Source: Eledone cirrhosa
Taxonomy: Eukaryota
Assembly: GCA_964016885.1 (NCBI GenBank)
Contig: OZ024742.1
Span: forward strand, 5,022,001-5,086,000
Length of the DNA: 64,000 nucleotides
Direction: 5' to 3'
In this document: positions 52,813 through 64,000 of the stretch, piece by piece
How the letters are laid out: the number at the start of each line of letters is the position of its first letter
Numbering within the stretch: position 1 is the first letter of the stretch
Notes under the pieces: model-generated
Databases searched by the model: none
What the model was told of the DNA's origin: nothing
What the model saw: only the letters and a program-made list of their open reading frames with translations
Made by a program: the position numbers and the translations under genes

Positions 52813-53961
52813 ATAAATTATACAATTATCAAAGTTGTGTTCAAATCATTTAATAGCTGACAATCGGTAATTCCAAACTCTCGCTTGGAGTCATCGGAGC
52901 ATTATCAATGTTTGCACATATAATTAACTTCCTATTCAACTGAACAATAATATAGATACATATAAATTGATGTTGTGAGCAACAGTTTCGTATTTATAGG
53001 GTGGAATGGATGTGACATATATTTTACAAGAATTGTACAATAATTGTACAAACATTCAAGTTCAAATTCAAATTCAAATTCAAATTAAATTTAAATCAAA
53101 TTAAAATCAAAAGCACGGAGTGGAATACATGCAACAGTTAAAACAAGGGAATAGTCCAAATATATAAAAGGCATTGAGGAAGTAGTTTTGAGAAAGGAAG
53201 AGTGCAATAACAATTCATATGCAGGTGTGTGGAGAGTGCGACTGCGTAAGTCATATACATGAGAAGGAGACAAGCAAAGCTATTATGCATATATAGATGA
53301 ATAAATACTGCAGTTAAAGCAAATATGTTAATGTATTAGAGTCTATGGTGGATGTTGAATGTTGATGCTGTTCGAATTAATGTGTTTTGAGAAACATACA
53401 GTTTTTGCAGACTTTTCCATGACATATGTTGAATTAAATTTTAGTTAATGTTTATATTGAATGTTTTAAGTTAGTTAGAGCAATGGATTGTAAATTAGTC
53501 TTAATGAATTCATATTCATAGACTATATTTGATCAACCGTTAAATTTTCAATCGTTAATTTCCGTGTGTTATTGCACTCTTCCTTTCTCAAAACTACTTC
53601 CTCAATGCCTCTTTAATATTTGGACTATTCCCTTGTTTTAACTGTTGCATGTATTCCACTCCGTGCTTTTGATTTTAATTTGATTTTAATTTAATTTGAA
53701 TTTGAATTTGAACTTGAATGTTTGTACAATTATTGTACAATTCTCGTAAAATATATGTCACATCCATTCCACCCTGTAAATACGAAACTGTTTCTCACAA
53801 CATCAATTTATATGTATTTATATTATTTTTCAGTTGAATATGAGGTTAATTATATGTGCAAACATTGATAATGCTCCGATGATTCCAAACGAGAGTTTGG
53901 AAGAAACGATTGCCAGCTATTAAATGATTTGAACACAACTATGATAATTGTATAATTTATA
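52813..53961. mobile_element. PLE-like foldback with ~400-bp inverted arms, each carrying a hammerhead-like motif
   Basis: 52813-53212 is the reverse complement of 53568-53961. At 53873-53917: gct-CCGATGA-ttccaaac GAGA gtttggaa-GAAA-cgattg-cc-agc; the other arm retains GTC. Confidence 0.75.
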
Positions 53962-54801
53962 TATATATATATATATATAACAGTACAGAGAAGTACGGAA
54001 TACCTCGGCCTCGGGATGGTGCTACATTTTGTGCTTATAAAAAAAATTCGTCGTACATTACCAGGGGGTTTTTTTCGTGCGAAGAAAATCAATACTTTAT
54101 CGCGAAATAAATACTTTTGTTTATATTTTGTTATTGTGTATGCAAAAATATCTGTACACGAATATATAATTATATATATGTATATATATTAAAATAACAG
54201 ATTAAATGTTAAGCAAAGAATCGCTGCTTTCACCCTTAACGGGATCTTCTGAAATTAAAATTAAAAAATCAATCTGTGAACGCAGATGTAAATATTTCGA
54301 AAAACGTTGCAACCGAAGGAAAATAGGAAGACGATACTTTGATTCGTGAAGACGTTCCCTGGCATAAGAATATATATATACACACACTATATATACATAT
54401 ATACACACACACACTGATTGCGTCATAATGACGTAATGCAGACAGTCAGGCATACAGACAGATATTATAAGGGCGCGACGTTATATCTATGTATCTATCT
54501 AAAAAGAGAAAGACTAAGAATTATAGAAAGAGATCGCTAAATCGTCTAATGCAGTGCCTAGGGCATTGGAAATTTGAAATTGTTTTTGCTCAAAACACAC
54601 ACGAGACCATAAGTATTGCATGAGTAAAGTTTGAAAAAACTCAGTTGGGTGGTTCTCGAGTTTTAGTGATTGGACAGACAGAGAGACAAACAGACATTCT
54701 CCGTTTTAGTAATAAAGACTAGCAGAAAACCACCCGGTGGGTGGTTTTCTGCTAGTCGATATATATTTAACACACACACAAACACACAAACACAAACACA
54801 G

Positions 54802-54838
<37 letters not shown>

Positions 54839-55210
54839 CACCCATGTTCATATTTTGAGATGCATTATTCTCAAATCAGATTATTATCTCTGACAGGAAG
54901 AACCAGTTTATAATTTTTAAGAAAAATTAAGCATACAGATATATTTTAGGAAACTTATGAATTCCTGTACACACACACACACACAAACACTTACACAGAT
55001 ACACACAGACACACGCACAGACAGACACACACGCATACAGACATATACGCTAACACACACATACCATACACACACTCATACATACGCACATATGCACACA
55101 CGCTAACACACACATACACACGCACATACACACTTAAACCTATATATATGTATATATAGAGAGAGACACATAATATACATATATAATATATATATATAAT
55201 ATATATATAT

Positions 55211-55246
<36 letters not shown>

Positions 55247-55736
55247 TATAACACATACCCATATATAAAACACACACACGCACACCCATACACACACACA
55301 TATAACACACACACACATATATAACATACACACGCACACACATACACACACACATACACACATACACACACACACACGCATACACACACATATAACACAC
55401 ACACATATATATATATATATATATTATATGCTCGGCCCCAGTGAGTTGGTTAAAACACCAAAAGCCAGTCTTAAAGTTGTCGTCTGTAAATTCAAAGAAC
55501 TCGGCTGTGTCTGGCTAGATCTCCATGGTAACTACTCCAAGGTCGCGCGTGCCATGGCTGGGAACGCAGGTGTCACGTGCTGGCCTAGAACGCTGGTTGT
55601 TGGAATCAGTGGTCGACGACATAACATATATATTATATGTGTGTGGAATAGTATAAATATTTCTTCGTATTTACTAACATATATATATTATATATACATA
55701 CATTATATATAAATTATTAATATATTACATACGTAC

Positions 55737-55806
<70 letters not shown>

Positions 55807-55875
55807 TAAAATAAAAGATTAAAGTTTAAGCAAAGAATCGCTGCTTTCACCCTTAACGGGATCTTCTGAAACTAA

Positions 55876-55914
<39 letters not shown>

Positions 55915-55957
55915 CTGGTGATTTCTCAAGAATGAAACAGTTCTAGTCTATATATAT

Positions 55958-56212
55958 ATTACACACACAGAAATGTATATATATTTATGTGTGTGTATAT
56001 ATATATATATATATTACACACACAGAAATGTATATATATTTCTGCGTGTATATATATATATATATATATTACACACACAGAAATGTATATATATTTCTGT
56101 GTGTATATATATATATTTCTGTGTGTGTATATATATATTACACACACAGAAATGTATATATATTTCTGTGTGTATATATATATATTACACACACAGAAAT
56201 GTATATATATTT
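55958..56212. repeat. Minisatellite of self-complementary units
   Basis: acacacagaaat-gtatatat-atttctgtgtgt, repeated about 5 times with (TA)n spacers. Confidence 0.85.
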
Positions 56213-56332
56213 CTTAGAACAAAATTATTATTAATGTTTTGCTGTTCATAACAATTGGAATTGAAAAATTACTTTTGAAATTATTAGTTATTTTACTAAT
56301 GCTTAGATATGTAAAAATGAAGCAATGTTTCT

Positions 56333-56524
56333 AATAATTGTTTCTACTTTTGGCACAAGGCCAGCAATTATCCAGTACATTACTGGTACTTTATTTTATC
56401 GACCCCGTGAGGATGAGAGGCAAAGTTAACCTCGGGGTATTTGAACTCAGACTGTAAAGGGACGTAACTCCATGCTATGAAGCATGGTGCCCGACTCTCT
56501 ACAGATTCTGTCAATCCACCGCCC
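56333..56524 (-). mobile_element. Nin-type SINE with TSD-like ctaat flanks
   Basis: Full reverse-strand match to the family consensus. Confidence 0.8.
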
Positions 56525-58022
56525 TAATGTTTGTACGTAATGAGGGAGTGAGAGGGGAGAGAAAGAAAGGCAGAGGTGAAGTGACGAAGTGACTCTCCTC
56601 CTCCTCCTCCTCCCCCATCTCCTCATTCGTCACAGCGATAGAGGGGAGGAATGTTAGTGTGTTACAAAGAGAAAGAGTGAGAGTGAGAGAAACAGACAGA
56701 CTAAAAGAGAGGGATAGCTGGAGAGAGAGAGAGATAGCAACCACGCGCGCACGTGTTTCCACTGTCGGACAGACAGACAGAGAAATTGCTGGTTATATAT
56801 TATAAGGAGATAGTAAACCACGAGGACGACGACGACTACGATGACGTCACATTGTATATGAATGTGTATGTGTCTGTGAGTGTGTTTGCCATTTCGTTAC
56901 TACGTAAGTTGCATACACATTATCTTCACACACAGACAATTAAACACACGCACACACATCTACACATAGATACATATGTGATGACAGACAGGTGTGCGTG
57001 AATGTATGTCTGTATGTGTCTGTCTTAGTATATGTGTGTGAGTGTATGTGAAAGTGTGTGTGAGTGTATGTGAGAGTGTGTGTGTGTGTGAGTGTATGTG
57101 TGATAATTTTTTTTTTCATTTGGATTAAAACAATAGGACGACACATTTTGTATCTGAATATGGTGTGTTTGAACGTTCATTAGGTACATTATTAAATACA
57201 CACACTTTTTTAAATTAGAAATTCAAAGTTTAATTATTTATTTTTTAACATAATAAATACATGAAAATATATTTCATACTTTGTCCTAATGAATAACTTC
57301 AGGAAGACCTGCTTGAACGTTCATTAATCAACTCTCAGATGATACAAACCTCAGTAAGGAGCACTTGCCAGGGGTGATGGAAATAGTGATTTGTGGTCAC
57401 AATGATGATGATGTTCCCAAAGTATAAGTATATATATGTGATTATCTGTGAGCGTATGTCTCTGGGTTTCTGTGTGTATATTACTCATTTACCCGTGTGT
57501 GTTTGTGCGTGTATGTGTGTGTGTGTGTGCGTGGCTTTTATCATATGTATATCTATACATGTATGTATGCATATGTACGTATACACATATATGTCTCTGT
57601 GACTTTTACAATATGTATATCTATCTGTGTATGTATGAATATGTACGTATACACATGTGTGTCTGACTTTTATATGTGTATCTATATAGATATATGTGTG
57701 AGAGAGTGTGTTTTTACAAATTTGTACGTGAATGTGTAAGTATATTTGTGAGCTTTAAGTCAATATAACGTTAGAACAAGCAATCATATCAAACATTATA
57801 AATACTATTTGTCAGAAGACAGTGAAATAGCATAAGCATTGACTGTTGTAACTATCAAATCTTGCTCGATCTGCTAAAATAAGCAGCTAAATCTCCCTCA
57901 AACTCCACCTTAGGTTCCATGCTTACCGGCGTTGATTATGCGAAAAAGAAATGGGATTTCTTTGAGATACGGTGGCTTTTAATAAAATATAATAAAATTA
58001 ATATGAAGTTATATATGAGTAG

Positions 58023-58092
<70 letters not shown>

Positions 58093-58189
58093 CTCTCTCT
58101 CTATCACTCTCTCTCTCTCTCTCTCATAACAATTTTTGTTTTATTTACTGCCTTACCATGCTTTGCAGCATAGAGTTACGACCCTTCAT

Positions 58190-58538
58190 GATCTGAGTTC
58201 AAATCCCGGCGAGGTTAACTTTGCCTTTCATCCTTATGTGGTCGATAAAATAAAGTACCAGTCACGCACTTGGGTCGATTTCACCGATTTCTCCTACCCC
58301 GAAATTGCTGGCCTTGTGCCTATATAAGAAACCATTATTATTATAAGGCGGTGGATTGGCAGTATCGGTAGAGGGTCGGACGCCATGCTTTCCAGCATAG
58401 TTACGTCCCTTTACAGTCTGAGTTCAAATCCCGCCGAGGTTGACTTTGCCTTTCATCCTTACGGGGTCGATAAAATAAAGTACCAGTAATGCACTGGGTT
58501 ATTGCTGGCCTTGTGTCTAAAGTAGAAACAATTATTAT
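58190..58538 (+). mobile_element. Two tandem Nin-type SINEs (58347-58538 is full length)
   Basis: A-box-like tggcagtatcgg, B-box gagttcaaatcc, Nin-like core and (ATT) tail. Confidence 0.85.
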
Positions 58539-58755
58539 TGGGGTAGTAGAAAACGTCCGAAAAATATAAGTATGTGTCGCAAATTTTGGAAAATCGCACA
58601 AGGTTTCTAATGTAAAATAAGCCTTGGAATTAGCACGTATGACAAAGTAGTCCTACATTTGCTGGAAATGACGAAATACTCTTAGGTGAGGAAGTAATTT
58701 TCTCACATTGGAAAATTATTCTGAAATACATGATTTTAAGAAATTTTAGGTTGTT

Positions 58756-58883
58756 GCTCATACATCCCCTAATGCTCATACAACCCTTAATGCTCATACA
58801 TCCCCTAATGCTCATACATCCCCTAATGCTCATACATCCCATGATGCTCATACATCCCCTGATGCTCATACATCCCCTAATGC
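58756..58883. repeat. 18-bp minisatellite, about 7 copies
   Basis: Unit gctcatacatcccctaat. Confidence 0.9.
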
Positions 58884-59178
58884 ACTTTACTTCGGAAATT
58901 TTTGGTATTTCAGCTCAGGTATACGTATCGGGCCAATTTCTTTAAAAGGTATAAGTCAATCAATGCCATTTTAGTGCTTCTTGGTAAACTGAGTTTCTAA
59001 TCTGTTGTCTTAAACTGTTAAGGAAATTCAACTTTTCTTGACAATCCCTGGAACTTCAGTCACAAACGACAGAAGCGTCTCAACTATGGCAGAAAGCAAT
59101 CTTTCTTAATATGGAAAATGATTCAAGGGCGGTTATCTTCACTTTCTCATATTTCCATCGAAAACATATTCTCGTCAA

Positions 59179-60054
59179 TCTATATATATATAACTGTGGT
59201 TGTCTGTCTGTCTATCGATTTTTGGCACACATCTCCTCTTAGAATCTCTCACGGAATTGCACCGAAATTGCTATACTTGTACATTGAGCCCTAGCGAAGA
59301 CATCGGAAAAAAAAATTTCAAATTGACCCGCCCTATGTGACGAAATCGAATATAATGTATCGATTTTTGAGCGTAAGTTATCAGTTATTTCCCTTTGTTC
59401 TGTTTACATTGAGCGTCTTACGTAAAAAATTACGCTGGCTTTAACAGTTGTCGAGCCAGCAAAATATTGACCTGCAAAATTCATCAGTTCGAACACTAAG
59501 CTTCCGTTTTGCTTCATTTCCATTTAAAAGCATTTTAAAACAATATTTTTACTTGAAAACAAGTCTATTTAAAGACTACGTAAAACAAGCAAATATTTCG
59601 TCGTTAAGCGTGCAGACAGACAGTCGTGCAGACAGACAGTCGTGCAGAGAGGTGATATAGGCGTGCAGACAGACAGTCGTGCAGAGAGGTGATATAGGCG
59701 TGCAGACAGACAGTCGTGCAGAGACGTGATATAGGCGTGCAGACAGACATAACTGATAATTTGGTTACGCTAATGTTTTTCTCTGCGTTGCAGTGTTTAC
59801 ATTTTCGATCTTTGTTAATAAATAACCAGTGCAGTTTTTATCCCCAGCATCCTCTTTTGTTATAACATTCGGGTTATCGTTATGTTTTCTTAACTTCATA
59901 AGGCATATTGTTGGTTGAGGGAATATTAATCAAAAACACCACATGCAAGTCTGCACAGTAGACACTACAGTTTTTAAGCCAAAAAAGAAACTTAACATTG
60001 TAACTTTAACACAGCTACTGAGCGACCCCGAGCAACGCCGGGCTTTACTGCTAG
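59179..60054 (+). mobile_element. Non-autonomous Helitron-like element with an internal ~37-bp tandem repeat
   Basis: A|TCTATATATATA start; cccgagcaacgccggg...CTAG|T end; gcgtgcagacagacagtcgtgcagagaggtgatatag repeats at 59610-59748. Confidence 0.78.
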
Positions 60055-60479
60055 TTTAGAATAAAATAAGAATTATCGAAGGAATTTGGTATAAATCCAA
60101 GCTGCTTGGAATTTTAATTTACATAAAGCAAATATATATGCTTTATAAAAGAATTATGGTCTTTAACATTGTATTGTACTTTTGCAGCATCCGTTCCATG
60201 TAAACCATTAATTCCCAACGTGAAATGCACGCCCCACGGAGGAGCACTTTGGATATTTTAGCGGGGGGGGGGGGTGCAATTTAAAAATGATGTTAATGAA
60301 AGCAAACTTCAGATTTTACTTTATTACTTTTACACCAAGGCAACTTTGATACACATTACTATTAGAAACTCTTGTCTCACCTCCTCCACACATGTTATTG
60401 TGTATCTAGCACCACCTATATACAAATTTGTGTACAACTTGCAATTGATCGACACTGTTTTCGTGCCAAAGGGGGACAT

Positions 60480-62050
60480 TTTCCTATCAATGCGTTATAG
60501 GGACACCAACATTCAGGAAAAGTTTGTTTGAAGAAGTTCCAGGTAGCTCAAGAGAATTAACGAACTCTATTGGATAGTGGACAGCTTGATTTTCATCAAG
60601 AACTTAATCAACTTATTTGTACTCCTTATTTACTGTTGGAATCTTAGTCATTAGCTCATGGTTAATCCTTGCTACTGTCCTATTTTCTGGAACAAGAACT
60701 GCCCTTTCACACAACCATCTGCGTGGATTGTAATGTTTGCTTATGTCTGGAAAAACCCTGTCTTTTAATTCAGTTGAAGAATCCACCATGATAGCAATAG
60801 GAACCAAGTTGATATCACCATTCCCATCAATTAGTACTTTCCCATTTCCTAATTGGAGGAGTCGGGTTGAAAACTGTTCTGCACGTTGCCCCCCCCCCCC
60901 CCCCCCATGAAATAAAGCTCGCATATTAGTATTGAAGGAGAATGTCTTTACTTTATTCCATAGGTTCGAAGACTTAATGTATGTTTTTATTTCATCAACT
61001 ATTGTTCCTCTCGGAATAACTGGTAATTTCTATCTAAAGTTGCCTGATAAAACTAATGTAACTCCTCCCATATATGTATTGTTGCCTCTAATGTCATGTA
61101 AGGTTCTGTTAAGACCTTCCATTTCACCTCTATGTGACATGGTACATTCATCCAAAATGATCAGGTGGCATCAGCTCTAAACTTTTGCTGAACCTGAGGC
61201 TTTGCTTATTTTACAAACTGGAGTCATTTGTGACCAGATTTAGCGGTAATTTAAAAGCAGAATGAGCTGTTCGTCCTCTTGGGAGAAGGGTGGCAGCAAT
61301 GCCAGACAATGCTACAACAAATGCAAGTCGTTTTTGTTGCCTTACCTTGGAGAAGAGCTATGCTGTTACAAATGTTTTACCTGTACAATCTGGAGCATCA
61401 AGAAAAAAATTCCTCCGCTTTTTTCTCTAACTGACGAAATAATTTCATCATATGCACAGTGTTGTTAGAGAAAAAGTTTAAGGTCATGTTCATTCACAAA
61501 TGCAGCCAACTCTGTGATGTCATAATTTGTCTCTCTTCCTATCTATCTTGAAGTTAAAGCATTCACTTGACGGTTTGTCTTTGGCAGCCTGGAATCAGAC
61601 TCTTGCAAATTCTTGCTCCCATGGACAAAATTGATTCTCAATTTCAATCAATGCTTGATTGAGAATTTCTTCAAAGAACTGAATATTGATACCTTGGTTT
61701 TCCTGATTAGGTGCATGCTTTAAGTCCCCAGCAATGTCTTTTCAGTGTTTCATCGAAAGCTGTAAGGGAGCGGCCAATCTGGCACATGTTCAGCATAATG
61801 ACGAAAATGTTACGGAGTTTGCATGGAGAATCTGGCACTGAAGCCTCAGTCAAGGCAAGGTCCCAATGTTCATCATTTTATCACCTTGTTGATAGCATAT
61901 TTCCCTGTAAGTTTCATACACTTCGCCATTTACCCTCCTCAAATCCAGGAATGATTTTGGACCACGTACTTCATGCCATAAGTAGTAGCACTCTGCTTGG
62001 CTTTTGGTAGACACTGTAAACTCTTGCAAGAGTATCGTCCTCACGCAATG
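60480..62050 (-). mobile_element. Degenerate Helitron Rep/helicase (PIF1-like) coding remnant
   Basis: ECYYL..EVRGPKSFLDLRRVNG..YETYRE, FSTRLLQLGNG and WLCERAVLVPEN..V..IN motifs; many stops. Confidence 0.82.
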
Positions 62051-62507
62051 TGGCTGAACTTCAACTGATACTTTGTTCTTTACAATATTCTGCCTTTATG
62101 ACTTTTAAGAGGATTTTAGACTCTTTTGCAATGCAAAAGTTAATTCCTGAAAGAATTAGATGTATATTGAAACAAAAGAGACCATTCTTGAAATGTTTGG
62201 CAACTTAAAGACATTTCTGTGTTTCTTGTTCTAAACAAAATTTGCTAAAACCTTCATGGAAACGTTGTTAGTCATGGTAGTGGTAAGACGTCAACAGTGT
62301 CACCGTTACCGCCAACACCACGACTCACTTAGAGTTACTTCCCTTAGCAGATGATGTGCATAAATATAGATAGATAAATGAATATAGATAGATATATAGA
62401 GGCATAAAGTGAGTTATATATAAATATGCATATAAATGTGTGTGTGTGTATGAGTATGTATATATGTATAGATAGATAGAGAGATAGATGGATAGATAGA
62501 TAGATAT

Positions 62508-63292
62508 GTTTCTTTATTAGCCACAGGGGCACAAAAGAAGGGGACAAATACAAAGGGGGAAGTTTACATACAATAAAAACGTGTAAAATGTTATCACAAA
62601 TGCAATTTAAAAAATTAGTCGATTTTCCCCAATAGGGGGAGACAGTTCATATGGGTAACACATACCCCCGAAAAAATGTGCAACCCTCATCTCCAGGAGT
62701 ACGAAGAGTTTGTACTCCTTTCTTCTCCTCCTCCTTTTCCTCAACCTACAGGCTGATATAGAGAGAAGGCCCAACCACTCGGGCCATTCTCGCCACTTTC
62801 ACCCACCTTTCATAAAACTTGCTGGGGTACAGCACCTCTCTCTCCATCCTGATTCTTCTTCCAAAGTGGTATTTGAAAAAAAGAATCAGTTGTTGGCCGG
62901 AGAGAAAGGTGTCTGACCTCAGCCCTTTCAACCTTGTCCACCATACAACCTCTTTAGCCATAGCTATCACACAAAGGAAAACCGCCTCTCCTTCGTTTTT
63001 GAAGGAGGGTGGCGGTTTGATCATGACAATGGACTCGGTGGTCAACCGGATTGGTCCCACCCGCGACAATAGTCGTTTTACATAGCCCCACAGGTCGGTA
63101 ACGCCCGAGCAGTGTACAAATGCGTGCGCGACGGTTTTTTCGTCTCGCACGCACCTCGGACAGATCTTTTTTGCAGGGTCCCTGCCCGGGCACCCATGTC
63201 TGTAGAGCTTGTCTCGAACTGGTAGAGCTCCTCGGTAGCACTGCCAGGCTAGGGACTTTTGGAAGTTGTCCATTGGTCCCGGGCGGAAGGTC
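62508..63292 (-). mobile_element. Short 5'-truncated Tx1-clade copy between two (GATA)n arrays
   Basis: Open C-terminus TFRPGPMDNFQKSLAWQCY...SLYISL, homologous to 3341-3900. Confidence 0.92.
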
Positions 63293-63361
<69 letters not shown>

Positions 63362-63362
63362 T

Positions 63363-64000
63363 CTTTCTTTATTTGCCACAGGGGCGTACAAAAATGGGAC
63401 ATTACAAGACGTGACGGTAGGGGTTTTACATAAAATATTTAACAATGATAAATAACAATAAACTATATAAAAATAAAACAATTGAAATCCACATTAGGGG
63501 GAGGGGGTAACGCTACTGCAGGGTGTTGTTTTACACCCCGTGGATAGAACAACCCTCAACACCAGGAACACGTTTTGTAGGTGTCCCCGTCTTCCCTCTG
63601 TTTATCTTCCTCAACCTACAGGTTTATATACAGAGAAGGCCCATTCACCCGGGCCATTTTCGCCACATTCACCCACCTTTCAGCGAATTTACTGGGGTGT
63701 AGCACCTCTCTCTCCACTCTGACCTTCCTTCTGAAGTACCACTTTCGCCATAGCCACCAGACAGAGGAAGACCACTTCTCCATTCTTAAATGAAGGCGGC
63801 GGGGTGATCCTCACGATGGACTCGGCTGACAACGGGATGCGTCCTACTCGTCACAGTAGCTGTTCGACATAATTACACATGTCGATCACCCCTGGGCACT
63901 GAACAATTGCGTGCAGAACGGTTTCGATGTCCTGCTCGCATCTTAGACAGGTCCTTTTGGCAGGATCTCTGCCAGGGCGTCCGTGCCTGTAGATTTTGTC
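63363..64000 (-). mobile_element. Fourth Tx1-clade copy (diverged subfamily), runs off the window
   Basis: Same 3' end ttctttatttgccaca abutting (GATA)n; encodes HGRPGRDPAKRTCLRC. Confidence 0.85.

Larger units (their letters stand above)
48790..54718 (-). mobile_element. Non-autonomous Helitron copy (31311-31999 family) split by about 5 kb of nested insertions
   Basis: 3' CTAG and hairpin at 48790-48812; 5' half at 54200-54718. Both are reverse complements of parts of 31311-31999. Confidence 0.6.

Noticed and set aside
58347-58430. tRNA-like A and B boxes
   Set aside because: They are SINE heads continuing into SINE body and tail; no complete cloverleaf.
40419-59748. Short tandem arrays (21, 18 and ~37 bp) as CRISPR-like repeats
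   Set aside because: No unique spacers, no cas genes, and a eukaryotic context.

Overview
This is eukaryotic, AT-rich DNA saturated with microsatellites and transposable elements. The tRNA-derived SINEs resemble octopod Nin-domain SINEs as I recall them, so a coleoid cephalopod is likely (inference). Most ORF-track entries are microsatellite or antisense-TE artefacts. Coding TE remnants: three R4/Dong-like RLE retrotransposons, four Tx1/L1-like copies that all end in (TATC)n, RTE, CRE-like and HERO/NeSL-like fragments, two mariners, Helitron pieces, and two Penelope-like elements (PLEs), one Naiad-like with an inverted pseudo-LTR. Two non-TE coding segments lie on the minus strand: an ORF or exon with two thrombospondin type-1 (TSP1) repeats (45889-46392) and a terminal exon encoding a transmembrane helix (18043-18179). 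The main hidden signal is about a dozen intact or near-intact minimal type I hammerhead ribozyme (HHR) motifs from several families. They sit in short non-coding foldback elements, mostly at (TA)n tracts, and often one HHR per arm. A 316-nt HHR-to-HHR tandem unit containing a GT-AG intron lies about 50 nt downstream of the TSP1 ORF. All RNA structures were read by eye and need computational and biochemical confirmation.
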